Shown here: positions 1 to 9,956 of the stretch, one piece after another
Layout: each line of letters begins with the position of its first letter
How positions within the stretch are numbered: position 1 is the first letter of the stretch
DNA from: an uncultured Chloroflexia bacterium
GTDB lineage: Bacteria > Chloroflexota > Limnocylindria > Limnocylindrales > CSP1-4
Length of the DNA: 64,000 nucleotides
Assembly (NCBI GenBank): GCA_963768655.1
Contig: CAVYIM010000009.1
Coordinates: 160,001 to 224,000 of the forward strand
Reading direction: 5' to 3'
Position numbers and translations under genes: made by a program
The notes under the pieces: generated by a model
What the model was told of the DNA's origin: nothing
Database searches by the model: none
The model's input: the letters and a program-made list of their open reading frames with translations, nothing else

Positions 1-1
1 C

Positions 2-1957
2 GACACGGGCACGGCGGCAAGCCAGGGCGCCCTCGACGCCGGCCATGTCTACCAACCAGGGACTTACCAGGTTCGAGTCGTGGTCCAGAACAGGGCCGGC
101 TGGTGGAGCGACGCCTTCTTCAACGTCACCCTGATCGACGACGGCCCGACGGTCGTGTTCGCCTCCGGCGACGTGTCGGCCGTGGAAGGCGTACCGGCCA
201 CTCTGGTCACGGGCTTCTACGATCCCGCGCCGGATGCCCCCTTCGCGGTCCACGTCGATTGGGGCGACGGAACCTCGCAGGACCTGTCCATTTCCGCCAT
301 CGGCCCGATCAGCCTGACCCACACCTACACGACGACGGGCCCGACGCTGCCCGGCGAGGACTACTTCGTCGACACGGCGACCGTGACCGTAACCGATGCC
401 CTCGGCGTCGTGGGGACGGGGAGCAAGGCCGTCTACGTCGTTGACGAAGCGCCGCTCGTTACGGCCTCGCCCAAGATCGTCATGACGGAGGGGCAGAGCT
501 CGCTCCTCACGCTGGCGACTTTCACCGATGCCAGCGCGGGACCGTGGACGGTCGACATCGGCTACGGCACACGCTGGGAAGTGGACGAGACGTTCCAGAC
601 ACCCGGTGACATCCAGCTCCAGTTCGGGGCCAACCCGGGCGACTACTCCATCCCGATTCTGGTCACGGACGTCGGCGGACAGGGGACTGAGGTCGCGGTC
701 GAGGTCGTCGTCCAGAACGTGGCGCCCGTCGTCTCGCCCGACCAGGTCCCGACCTCGACGAAGATCGGGCTCGCTGTGGCGCCGACCTACACGTTCGGCG
801 ACCCCGGCTACCAGATCGATGGTGAGACCTACACCTGCACGGTCGACTACGGTGACGGCGGCGGGCCTCAGGCCGGCGTTGTCGTCGGCCTCGAATGCCA
901 GGGCCCGGCGCACTCGTACGGCAAGGCGGGCACCTACACGCTGACTGCCCAGGTGGCCGACTCGAACGGGGGAGCTGGCACCTATTCGTCGACGCTGACG
1001 GTCGTGAACCCGGCGCCTGTCGTCGGCGCAATCTCAGCGCCCGATCAGGTGAACGAGGGATCGTCGGTGACCGCCTCGGCTGCCTTCACTCCGGCCAATT
1101 CACACGCTTCCTGCACGGTCGACTACGGCGAAGGCGCGGGGCCGGTGGCCGGGACGATCACCGGCTCGACGTGCCGGGGCCCAAATCACCTCTACGGTCG
1201 CCCGGGCACGTTCATGATCACCGTTGTCGTGACGGCTTCCTCTGGATCGTCGGGCTCGGCGACGAAATCGATCACGGTCGTGAACGTGGCGCCGACGGTG
1301 ACCTCGATCACCGCGACTCCCGGCGTTGCGACGATGGGTTCCTCGGTCAAGCTGTCACTCAAGTTCACTGATCCCGGCACCAGCGAGACCCACAGGGCCG
1401 TGGTGGACTGGGGCGACGGTGTCATCACGGTGATTGATCTCGGGTCCGCCACGAGGTCGCTCACCAGCACGCATGTCTTCGCGAAGGCCGGTCTATACCC
1501 GGTCTATGTGTATCTGACCGATTGGACGATCTGGATCTCCTCGACCCCTGGCGTCGTGGCCATCTACGACCCCAGTCGGTCCGTCTCCGGCTCGGGCTCG
1601 GTGCCCTCTCCCGCAGGCGCCTGCCAGCTCTCGTCGAAGTGCGGCGTCGCCTCGACGGCGACCTTCTCCCTGAGCGCGAAGTACGCCAAGGGGGCGACGA
1701 AGCCGACGGTGGCGCTGACGTTCTCGGCGGCTGGCTTCAGCCTTTCGGCAACAGGGGCCGACTGGTTCGTGGCAGCCGGCGGAACGGCGACGATCCAGGG
1801 CGCCGCAAAGGTCAACGGCGCGGCCGGATACACGTTCCAGCTAACAGCCATCGATGGCACGCCGGACTCTCTGCTGCTCCAGGTTTGGGACTCGAAGGGC
1901 GTCCTCGTCTACGAGAGCGGCGCGCCGCTGAAGTGCGGCTCCATCACGATCAAGTAG
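2..1957 (+). CDS. PKD/Ig-like repeat surface protein, 5' end outside the window
   Basis: Repeated PKD-like motifs (VDWGDG/VDYGDG, HxYxxxGTYTxT, VxNVAP). The frame is open back to base 2. Confidence 0.8.
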   Translation, partial: DTGTAASQGALDAGHVYQPGTYQVRVVVQNRAGWWSDAFFNVTLIDDGPTVVFASGDVSAVEGVPATLVTGFYDPAPDAPFAVHVDWGDGTSQDLSISAIGPISLTHTYTTTGPTLPGEDYFVDTATVTVTDALGVVGTGSKAVYVVDEAPLVTASPKIVMTEGQSSLLTLATFTDASAGPWTVDIGYGTRWEVDETFQTPGDIQLQFGANPGDYSIPILVTDVGGQGTEVAVEVVVQNVAPVVSPDQVPTSTKIGLAVAPTYTFGDPGYQIDGETYTCTVDYGDGGGPQAGVVVGLECQGPAHSYGKAGTYTLTAQVADSNGGAGTYSSTLTVVNPAPVVGAISAPDQVNEGSSVTASAAFTPANSHASCTVDYGEGAGPVAGTITGSTCRGPNHLYGRPGTFMITVVVTASSGSSGSATKSITVVNVAPTVTSITATPGVATMGSSVKLSLKFTDPGTSETHRAVVDWGDGVITVIDLGSATRSLTSTHVFAKAGLYPVYVYLTDWTIWISSTPGVVAIYDPSRSVSGSGSVPSPAGACQLSSKCGVASTATFSLSAKYAKGATKPTVALTFSAAGFSLSATGADWFVAAGGTATIQGAAKVNGAAGYTFQLTAIDGTPDSLLLQVWDSKGVLVYESGAPLKCGSITIK

Positions 1958-1975
1958 GGTTGGCGGCGGGCCGCG

Positions 1976-2539
1976 TCAGCGCCCGCCGGTGGCCCGCTCC
2001 AGAGCCAGCGTCTGCACGGCCAGGATCGTCATCGCGTCGACGATCTCGCCGCGGGCGATCATGGTCATGACCTCGTCGAACGGAACCCAGCGCAGCTGGA
2101 GCTGCTCCGTGCCTTCCGGCGAGGCCGGGCCTGCCTCGAGACCGGTGGCGACGAACAGGATCGTCACCTCGTCCGTGACCGAGTTGGACAGCTCCGCGCG
2201 GCAGATCTCGCGCCACGTCCCGCCGACGAAGCCGGTCTCTTCCGCCAGCTCGCGCCGGGCCGCCGCCTCGGGGATCTCGTCGAAGCTACCGCCGCCCTCC
2301 GGGATCTCCCAGGAGTAGTGGTTCATCGTGTAGCGGAACTGGCCCACGAGCAGAACCCGGTCGGTTGCGGTGTCGAGCGGCACGACGCCGATGGCCAGGT
2401 GCCGGAAATGGACCACGCCGTAGATCCCCGGCTTCCCATCGGGCCGAACGACATCGTCGTGCAGGACTTCGAGCCAGGGATTCTCATATGCGACGCGCCG
2501 AGAAACGCGCTGCCAGGGGTTGGACTCGGTCGAGCTCAT
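1976..2539 (-). CDS. NUDIX hydrolase (ADP-ribose pyrophosphatase-like)
   Basis: Nudix box GG..EIPEAAARRELAEETG and WEIPEG. ATG 2539 is preceded by TACCAT at 7 nt (leaderless-type). Confidence 0.9.
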   Translation of the reverse strand: MSSTESNPWQRVSRRVAYENPWLEVLHDDVVRPDGKPGIYGVVHFRHLAIGVVPLDTATDRVLLVGQFRYTMNHYSWEIPEGGGSFDEIPEAAARRELAEETGFVGGTWREICRAELSNSVTDEVTILFVATGLEAGPASPEGTEQLQLRWVPFDEVMTMIARGEIVDAMTILAVQTLALERATGGR

Positions 2540-2676
2540 GTGGCAAATGGTAGCGGGGCCGCCTCGCCGGCGCCGTCGCGCGCGGCGTCGCGGCGGGAAC
2601 CGGCGACTGGCTCTCGGCGTCTCAGCCATGTCCACGAGACAGCCGAAACCGACAGACACGCCGCCAGGGAGAAGAG

Positions 2677-3492
2677 ATGAACGACACACCGAACTACGCC
2701 TCGGCCGAACGGACCGAGTCCGCTGCCGAGGCCACCCACCGGCCCAAGTTCCTGACGGTCGGCGGAATCGTGGCCGCGACCGCGGCCTTCAGCCTGCTGG
2801 TCGGCATCGTCGCCGGGCCGATCATCGCCAACAGCCACGTTCAGGGCGCAGACCCGACGGGCACTCCTGAGCACACCATCACCGTGTCGGGCACGGGCGA
2901 CGTCAGCGTCGCCCCGGACGTGGCCGACGTGTATCTGGGCATCTCGGTCACCATGCCGACCGCGAAGGCCGCCCGCGACGCGGCGGCAACCTCCATGACG
3001 GCCGTCCTCGCGGCCGTGAAGCAGGACGGGGTGGCCGACAAGGACATCGTGACCACCAACGTCAGCCTGAACCCGGTCTACGACTACAGCTCCGGCGGCT
3101 CCTCGGGGAAGCTCACCGGCTACCAGTACACCAACACGGTCAAGGCCACCGTTCGCGACCTGACCAGAGTCCCGAACGTCCTCGACGACGCGGTCGCGGC
3201 CGGAGCGACCACAGTCCAGGGCATCTCGTTCCGTCTTGACGATCCCACCTCGGTCGACGCCCAGGCTCGCCAGCTGGCCATGGCCGACGCGAGAAGCAAG
3301 GCCAACGCGCTGGCGCAAGCGGCGGGCGTCTCCATCCAGGGCGTGGCCAGCATCAGCGAGGTCACTTCGAGCTCGCCGATCATCGAATACGCGCCCACGG
3401 CAAGCGTCGCCCAGAATTCGGTCTCGACGCCGATCCAGACCGGTACCACGGACATCTCGGTCCAGGTCACGGTCAGCTACCTGATTGGTTGA
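2677..3492 (+). CDS. SIMPL (DUF541) domain exported protein
   Basis: N-terminal TM segment, TITVSGTGDVSVAPD, ARQLAMADARSKA..LA and terminal VTVSY, all typical of SIMPL. Confidence 0.85.
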   Translation: MNDTPNYASAERTESAAEATHRPKFLTVGGIVAATAAFSLLVGIVAGPIIANSHVQGADPTGTPEHTITVSGTGDVSVAPDVADVYLGISVTMPTAKAARDAAATSMTAVLAAVKQDGVADKDIVTTNVSLNPVYDYSSGGSSGKLTGYQYTNTVKATVRDLTRVPNVLDDAVAAGATTVQGISFRLDDPTSVDAQARQLAMADARSKANALAQAAGVSIQGVASISEVTSSSPIIEYAPTASVAQNSVSTPIQTGTTDISVQVTVSYLIG

Positions 3493-3694
3493 CATCTGGA
3501 AGGGTGGAGCGGCGACCCGCCGCTCGGAGGTTCACCAGGAGGAGCGGTCGCGACGGCGGCCGCTCCTCGGCGTCTCCAGGATGTCGCGCCGTTCAATCAC
3601 CATCTAGTTCGGTGCACTTTCTGCCGCGTGGCACTCGATGGCAGGACCAACGGCAGGGTCTTGCCTCTCGCGGCCGGCGCGATACTGTTTGACT

Positions 3695-4135
3695 ATGCGA
3701 CTAGATCTGACCAAGCGCAGCGACTACGCGATCCGCGCCATGCTTGCGCTGACCATGGCCAAGGATGGTCTCCTGAGCAGCCGCAAGATCGCGGAGGAGA
3801 TGAAGATCCCGCCGCGATTCCTGCCCCAGATCATGGGTGACCTCACGCGGGCCGGTCTCGTCGACGCCCATCCCGGTCGCGCCGGGGGCTACAAGCTGGC
3901 CCGGCCGGCATCGTCCGTGACGTTGCTCACGGTCATCGAGGCGGTCGAAGGCGATCCCCACCGGCAGATCTGCGTCATGCGGGGAACGGCCTGCGGCCAG
4001 AACGGCGAATGCGGGGTGCACGACGTCTTCTTCGCGGCCGAGGGCGCAATCCTGGAGAAGCTCCGCGGGGCGACTCTCCAGGGCATCGTCGACGCCTACG
4101 CCGCCAAGCAGGCGGTCGGCGCCGCGGCCACGTAG
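3695..4135 (+). CDS. Rrf2-family transcriptional regulator, probably Fe-S binding
   Basis: DYAIRAML, G..GGYKLARP..VTLLTVIEAVEG, and C-x6-C-x5-C-x2-H putative cluster ligands. ATG 3695 is preceded by TACTGT at 6 nt. Confidence 0.9.
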   Translation: MRLDLTKRSDYAIRAMLALTMAKDGLLSSRKIAEEMKIPPRFLPQIMGDLTRAGLVDAHPGRAGGYKLARPASSVTLLTVIEAVEGDPHRQICVMRGTACGQNGECGVHDVFFAAEGAILEKLRGATLQGIVDAYAAKQAVGAAAT

Positions 4136-4143
4136 CGTTCGAC

Positions 4144-4348
4144 GGCATCGACCGTCCGGCCAGACGAACTGCCGTTCCGGCGAGGCGAGGAGCGCAAGGA
4201 GCAACACCGGCTCGACCGCCCGCCGGACGAACTGCCGTTCCGGCGAGGCGAGGCCCAGGCGCTGCCGAGCACCGGAGCGAGCGGACCTGGACGTCCGTGA
4301 GCGAGGAGCGCAGGGAGCAACACCGGCATCGACCGCCCGAACGGCAGT
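4144..4348. repeat. Mosaic intergenic direct/inverted repeat between convergent genes
   Basis: 28-mer GACGAACTGCCGTTCCGGCGAGGCGAGG at 4163-4190 and 4226-4253. ~38-mer GCGAGGAGCGCA(A/G)GGAGCAACACCGGC(A)TCGACCGCCCG at 4185-4222 and 4301-4339. GAACGGCAGT at 4339-4348 is inverted relative to ACTGCCGTTC. Confidence 0.8.
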
Positions 4349-4929
4349 CAGCCCGGTTTCTGCCTCGCCTCCCATTCCTCGGCGAGGATGCTCATGTGGA
4401 TCTCATCCCAGAAGCGGCCGTCTCGGAAGATCGCGTCGCGGGCGCGACCCTCGACCTTGAAGCCGCACTTCTCGTAGGCGCGGATCGCGCGCGTGTTGAA
4501 CTCGAAAACGGACAGCGCCACCCGATGGAGAGCGAGATGGGTGAACGCGTGGGCGACCATCAGCGCGGTCGCCTCCGACCCGTAGCCTTGCCCCCAGGCG
4601 TCGCGCTCGCCGATGGTTATGTGGTAGAGCGCTGAGCCGTTGTCTCCGTCGAGCTGGCTGAATGCGCAGGTGCCGATAAGCCGATCGGTCTCGCGGACGT
4701 GGATCGCCATCGCCAGAAAGTCGACGCCCAAGATCCGGCCGTGGAAGAAGCGCTCGATCTCCTCCGGTGTCAGCGGCCCGACCTGATAGCGCGTCAGCCG
4801 CGCAACCTCCGGGTCGGTGTACCAGCGCATGAACGCCTTGAGGTTCTCGCCGCGATGGCGGCGCAGGAGGACGCGCTCGCCGACCATCGTCTCCGGACGC
4901 CAGGCCTGCCGGTTCGGGACGAGCGTCAT
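4348..4929 (-). CDS. GNAT acetyltransferase, RimJ/RimL type
   Basis: WGQGYGSEA, LHRVALSVFEFNTRAIRAYEKCGF.VEGR.R. Confidence 0.9.
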   Translation of the reverse strand: MTLVPNRQAWRPETMVGERVLLRRHRGENLKAFMRWYTDPEVARLTRYQVGPLTPEEIERFFHGRILGVDFLAMAIHVRETDRLIGTCAFSQLDGDNGSALYHITIGERDAWGQGYGSEATALMVAHAFTHLALHRVALSVFEFNTRAIRAYEKCGFKVEGRARDAIFRDGRFWDEIHMSILAEEWEARQKPG

Positions 4930-5055
4930 CGGCGCGGACCCATGGAAGCGCCGAACCAGGCGTCATGACCGAGCAATGGGGCGTCTGTTCGCCAGAGTGA
5001 GCCGCGGGAACCGCGTTGGGCAGGCTTCACAAGGCGAAGGTATACCATCCCGGCC

Positions 5056-6885
5056 ATGCGTGGCTGGAGCGAGTTGGCCGAGCGCGTCGGCGCAACGACC
5101 CGCACCTCCGAAAAGACGGCCCTGCTGGCCCGATATCTCGCCCAGCTCACGAGCGACGAGCTGCGGCCGGCAGCGGTCTTTCTGTCCGGGCGGCCCTTTG
5201 CCGAGTCTGACCAGCGGGCCCTCGGCCTCGGCTGGGCGGCCATCTCCGCCGCCGTAACCCAGATCGCCGGCACCACGGCCGGGGCCCTGGGCGAGGCCTA
5301 CGATCGCTCCTCGGATCTGGGCCGGGCCGTTGCCGACGTCCTGGCCTACCGGCCCGAAGAGCCGGACCCGAGCCACTCCCCGGGGATCGTGGAAGTGGCC
5401 CAGGCCTACGGCGCGATCGAGGCGGCTTCCGGAGCCGCGGCCAAGGGCGCTGTCTTCGGGGCGCTGCTCCGGCGCTGCGACTGCCTCACCGCACAGTACG
5501 TGGTCAAGGTCCTCACCGGCGAACTGCGCATCGGGCTGCGCGACGGCCTGCTGGAGGCGGCCATCGCCGCAGCGTTCGAGAGGCCCGTGGCGCAGGTCCA
5601 GCTGGCGGGGATGCTCACCGGGGACGTGGGCGAGACGGCGGTCCTCGCCAAAGAGGGGCGCCTGGACCAAGCGCGTCTTCGGCTGCTCCACCCCATCAAG
5701 TTCATGCTCGCCTCGCCGGCCGAGGACGCGGCCGAGATCATCTCGCGCCTCGGGCCGACGGTCTGGGTGGAGGACAAGTACGACGGCATCCGTGCCCAGC
5801 TCCACCGGCGGGGCGGCGAAGCGCGCCTGTACTCGCGCGACCTGCACGACATCAGCGACCAGTTCCCGGAGATCGTCGAGGCGGCGAAGGATCTGCCGTG
5901 GGACGGCATTCTCGACGGCGAGATCCTGGCCTACGCCGACGGCCACGTCCTGCCGTTCCTGACCCTGCAGGCGCGGTTGGGTCGAAAGGAGCCGACATCA
6001 CAGGTCCAGGCGGAGGTGCCGGTCGTATACGTCGCCTTCGACCTGCTGGCAGTCGGGCCACGGTCCGCCGGCGGAGCCGGGCCTGCCGCCGACGGAGCCC
6101 GGCGCGCCTCCGACCGGGCCGCTCGCGCCGGAGCGGCGTCCGGGGACGGAGCCGTGCCTGCTGAGGGTGCAGCGGGCGCCGGCAACGTCGGCGCCCCTGT
6201 CGAGGCGCTGCTCCAGGTTCCTCTCTCGGAGCGTCGCCGGCGCCTGGAGTCTCTGGATCTGCCGACCGCCGGCGATGGCGGACGCTTCGCGCTGTCGCAC
6301 CTGATGACGGCCAATTCCGTCGAGGCGCTCGATCGGGTCTTCGGCGAGGCGCGGGCCCGGCGTAACGAAGGCCTGATGGTGAAGGACCCGCAGAGCGGGT
6401 ACTCCCCGGGCCGGCGGGGCCTGGGCTGGCTGAAGATGAAGCGGGCGCTGGCGACGCTGGACTGCGTGGTCGTCGGGGCGGAAGCGGGCCACGGCAAGCG
6501 CCACGGCGTCCTGTCGGACTACACGTTCGCCGTCCGCGACGAGAGCAGCGGCCGGTTCGTCACGATCGGCAAGGCCTACACGGGCCTGACCGATGCGGAG
6601 ATCGCGACCATGACCCAGTGGTTCGAGGCCCACACCGTCCGCCGGCTGGGCCGCTTCCGTCTGGTCGAGCCGACGGTAGTGGTCGAGGTCGCCTTCGACG
6701 TCATCCAGCGTTCTACTCGGCATCAGTCGGGCTTCGCGCTGCGCTTCCCGCGGATCGTCCGCCTGCGGCTCGACAAGAGCGCCGACGAGATCGACACGCT
6801 CCAGACGGTCGAGCGGCTGCACCGCGAGCTCCAGACCGGGGCCGAATACCTGGTCACCGCCGAGGCCCGCAAGACCGGTCGCTGA
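5056..6885 (+). CDS. ATP-dependent DNA ligase (LigB-like)
   Basis: Motifs EDKYDGIR, LDGEI, AFDLL, EGLMVKD, WLKMK and ALRFPR, plus an N-terminal DNA-binding domain. Confidence 0.95.
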   Translation: MRGWSELAERVGATTRTSEKTALLARYLAQLTSDELRPAAVFLSGRPFAESDQRALGLGWAAISAAVTQIAGTTAGALGEAYDRSSDLGRAVADVLAYRPEEPDPSHSPGIVEVAQAYGAIEAASGAAAKGAVFGALLRRCDCLTAQYVVKVLTGELRIGLRDGLLEAAIAAAFERPVAQVQLAGMLTGDVGETAVLAKEGRLDQARLRLLHPIKFMLASPAEDAAEIISRLGPTVWVEDKYDGIRAQLHRRGGEARLYSRDLHDISDQFPEIVEAAKDLPWDGILDGEILAYADGHVLPFLTLQARLGRKEPTSQVQAEVPVVYVAFDLLAVGPRSAGGAGPAADGARRASDRAARAGAASGDGAVPAEGAAGAGNVGAPVEALLQVPLSERRRRLESLDLPTAGDGGRFALSHLMTANSVEALDRVFGEARARRNEGLMVKDPQSGYSPGRRGLGWLKMKRALATLDCVVVGAEAGHGKRHGVLSDYTFAVRDESSGRFVTIGKAYTGLTDAEIATMTQWFEAHTVRRLGRFRLVEPTVVVEVAFDVIQRSTRHQSGFALRFPRIVRLRLDKSADEIDTLQTVERLHRELQTGAEYLVTAEARKTGR

Positions 6886-7002
6886 GGAAGCCGGCCGGAG
6901 CCGCACCGCGCCGCCGCGGCGGCGCCGGCCCGAACGAACGTCCTGTCCGATGCCCACGGATGGACCATCCAAACGGACGCGGCGCGCCGCTATCCTGCCG
7001 CC

Positions 7003-7569
7003 ATGTTCGGCTCGTTCAATCCGGTGCAGGAGCTGCCGCTCACCCTCGTGACCGACAGGCTGGTCATCCAGGGGACGATCCTGACGCGCGTCCGCCGTCT
7101 CACTGACCTGGTCAACGAGCCCGATACGGCTCACCTGGTCCTCCAGGACGCCACGTTCATGGAGGTCGGCTCGCGACGCGTGGTGGCCAACGGGGGCTCG
7201 GCGCAGGTCCGGCTGAGCGACGTGCTGTTCGTCCATTCGAACGGACCGACCCAATCGGCGTCGAACATGCGGATGCCCAAGCAGCCGGTCAAGGCGACGC
7301 TGCTGCTACCGCCATTCACGGTCGAAGGCACGATCCACCTGCCGTACGAGTCCGAGCTGCGGATCGCGCTGGACGCGTACGGAGATCGCTTCCTTCCCGT
7401 CACGGGCGCCAGGTACTGGGCCTACGGTGTGGCCGAATCGCCCAACTACGTGGACCTGCTCGTCGTCAATCATGCCCGCGCTCACGTCTGTGTCGCGGCA
7501 GATGCCCAGTGGCACGGCGAGGTCGGTCCCGCGCACTCGGACTCCGACGGCGGTTCGAACCCCTGGTAG
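7003..7569 (+). CDS. Hypothetical protein with two internal repeats (DUF6812-like)
   Basis: Two similar halves (IQGTI..RLTDLVN / VEGTIH..LRIALD..FLPVT). TATCCT-6nt-ATG start. The family name is from memory. Confidence 0.65.
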   Translation: MFGSFNPVQELPLTLVTDRLVIQGTILTRVRRLTDLVNEPDTAHLVLQDATFMEVGSRRVVANGGSAQVRLSDVLFVHSNGPTQSASNMRMPKQPVKATLLLPPFTVEGTIHLPYESELRIALDAYGDRFLPVTGARYWAYGVAESPNYVDLLVVNHARAHVCVAADAQWHGEVGPAHSDSDGGSNPW

Positions 7570-7691
7570 GCCGGGGCGCTCCGCCCTGCCGCGCCGTCGC
7601 GCCCGCGCGACGCGAGCCCGAGCCGCCGAGGCGACACCGAGCCCGCGCGACGGCACAGGCGCACGCCGCCGACCAACCGCGGCCACGCGCC

Positions 7692-8540
7692 CTACCGGTC
7701 GATCGGCAGATCCAGCCGGTCGCCCCATTCGGCCCACCCGCCGTCGTAAACGGTCACGTCCTGGTGACCGATGAGGGCCAGCGCGAAGGCCAGCTTGCAC
7801 GCCCCGATGCCGGTCGCGTCGTAGCAGATCAGGCGCCGCCGGGCGTTGACGCCAGCCCGCCGAAGCAATGCCCAGAGGTCCTCCGCCGGCCGGAAGCGGC
7901 CCGTGCGCGGCTCGGTCGTGGCGGCCGCGGGGACGTTGAACGCGCCGGGGATGTGACCCAGCCGGCGCGTCGTTCCGGCGTGGCCGGCATATTCCGACGG
8001 CGTTCGGGCATCGAGCAGCTGGATGTCCTCCGAGCCGAGCAGGTCGCGCACCTCGGCCGCGCTCAACCGCAGGCGTGACTCCATCCGCGGCGTGAACGTT
8101 GTCGGCGAGCGCATCTCCAGGGCCGTGGACACCGGCTGCGAGAGGGCCCTCCAGCCCTCAATTCCGCCCATCAGGATTCGTGCCGAGTCGAAGCCGTAGA
8201 CCCGCAGGCTCCACCACGCCCGAGCCGAGTAGGAGTTGCCGGTGTCGTCGTACAGCACCGCAACCATGCCGTTGCCGAGCCCGACTCGGGCCATCGCCGC
8301 GGTTACCCGCTGCGGACCGGCCAGGAGCAGGATGTTGCTGTCATCGTCGGGCTCGACCAGGTCGGCGCGCCAGTCGAGGTATGTGGCCCCGGGAATGTGG
8401 CCGGCGGCATATACGCGCCGCCCGGAGCCGTCCGGCCGCCAGCGAGCGTCGAGAACCTGGAAGCCGGGCCGGGCGATGTTTTCGGCCAGCCATTCGGGCG
8501 TCGCCAGCAGCTCCGGTCGCCGGTATCCGATGATTCCCAA
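7692..8540 (-). CDS. Tandem-domain rhodanese/sulfurtransferase (SseA-like)
   Basis: LDAR, GHIPGA twice, and YDGGWAEW. TTG 8540 has a GGGAGG SD. Confidence 0.9.
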   Translation of the reverse strand: MGIIGYRRPELLATPEWLAENIARPGFQVLDARWRPDGSGRRVYAAGHIPGATYLDWRADLVEPDDDSNILLLAGPQRVTAAMARVGLGNGMVAVLYDDTGNSYSARAWWSLRVYGFDSARILMGGIEGWRALSQPVSTALEMRSPTTFTPRMESRLRLSAAEVRDLLGSEDIQLLDARTPSEYAGHAGTTRRLGHIPGAFNVPAAATTEPRTGRFRPAEDLWALLRRAGVNARRRLICYDATGIGACKLAFALALIGHQDVTVYDGGWAEWGDRLDLPIDR

Positions 8541-8595
8541 GCTCGACCCTCCCACGAGATGGGACTGCGCGTTCCGGCCTCTATCATACGGAGCC

Positions 8596-9840
8596 ATGGT
8601 CGGCCCATTCCTCCCCGACGACGAGAAGCTGCCCGCGATCCGCGAGGCTCTGCCGGCGACGGCCGCGGGCATCTACCTGAATACGGGCTCCTGCGGGCCG
8701 CTGCCGCGCGAGACCGCCCGGGCGATGGCCGAGCTGGAGGGCATCGAGCTGCGGACCGGCCGGGCCGACATGGCGTACTGGCAGGACTCGGCCGAGCGTA
8801 TGAACGAGGCCCGCGCGGCCGTCGCCGCGGTGCTCGGGACCGAACCGCGCCGGATGGCGTTGACCCATGCCACGACCGACGGCATGAACGTGGCGACATG
8901 GGCGATCGACTGGCGGGCGGGGGAGAGGGTGGTCACGACGTCGCTCGAGCACTCCGGCGCGCTGGGGCCGCTGTGGGCGTTGCGCGACCGCCGCGGAGTC
9001 GAGCTGGCCATCGCCGACGTCGGCAGCGGCGGCGACCCGGCCGAGGTGCTCGGCGCGCTGGATCGGGCGATCACGCCACAGACGCGGCTCGTCGCCCTCT
9101 CGCACGTGACGTGGGCCACCGGCGCCCGCCTCCCGATCGCGGAGATCGTCGAGCTGGCGCATTCGCGCGGCGCTCTCGTCGCGGTCGACGGCGCGCAGGC
9201 GGTCGGCGCGATCCGAGTTTCGGTCGAGGAGCTTGGCGCGGATTTCTACGCCGTGCCGGGCCAGAAGTGGCTGCTCGGCCCCGAGGGGACGGGCGCGCTC
9301 TACTGCGCGCCGTCGGTGCTGGATCGGCCGCGCCTCACGTTCGCGGGTTACGCCGCCTTCGAATCGCTCGACCTGGCCGCCAAAGGAAAGCTCTGGCCCG
9401 ATGCCCGACGCTTCGAGATTGCCGGCTACCACCAGCCTTCGATCCTCGGTTTCGCCCGAAGCACGGCCTGGCTGTCGATGTACGTCGGCCTGGATTGGAT
9501 CTTTGAGCGCGTCGCCCGGCTGGCCGGCGAGGCGGCGGCGATGCTGGCGGAGGTCCCGGGCGTCGAGGTCGTCACGCCGCGCGACCGCATGGCTGGCCTC
9601 GTGACCTTCCGCATCGCCGGCTGGAAGGCCGGCCCCGCCCTGGGCGAACTGTCGAAGCGGACCCTGTGCATCGCCCGCACGATCCCGCCCCTCGATGCCA
9701 TCCGTATCAGCGTCGGCTTCTACAACACAGATGCGGAGCTGCGCCGCTTCCGCGACGGCGTGGCGCTCGTCGCCGCTCACACTCCCGAGTCGATCCCGCA
9801 ACGGCCCACCATCCAGGTACTGCGCGGCGGGCTGGAGTAG
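8596..9840 (+). CDS. Class V PLP-dependent aminotransferase (cysteine desulfhydrase/EgtE/CefD-like)
   Basis: YLNTGSCG, SHV, VDGAQAVG, PGQKWLLGPEG (PLP lysine) and IRIS. No RxGHHC desulfurase motif seen. Confidence 0.85.
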   Translation: MVGPFLPDDEKLPAIREALPATAAGIYLNTGSCGPLPRETARAMAELEGIELRTGRADMAYWQDSAERMNEARAAVAAVLGTEPRRMALTHATTDGMNVATWAIDWRAGERVVTTSLEHSGALGPLWALRDRRGVELAIADVGSGGDPAEVLGALDRAITPQTRLVALSHVTWATGARLPIAEIVELAHSRGALVAVDGAQAVGAIRVSVEELGADFYAVPGQKWLLGPEGTGALYCAPSVLDRPRLTFAGYAAFESLDLAAKGKLWPDARRFEIAGYHQPSILGFARSTAWLSMYVGLDWIFERVARLAGEAAAMLAEVPGVEVVTPRDRMAGLVTFRIAGWKAGPALGELSKRTLCIARTIPPLDAIRISVGFYNTDAELRRFRDGVALVAAHTPESIPQRPTIQVLRGGLE

Positions 9841-9956
9841 GGGCCGCCCAGGCGCGCGGCGCCGGGTCGGCAATTCCGGCTAGCCGGGCCGCCGGCCGGC
9901 GGCGACGGGGATTCTGCGCCGCCGAGCCCGCCTGCTGGTGTACCATCGGGCCCGGC

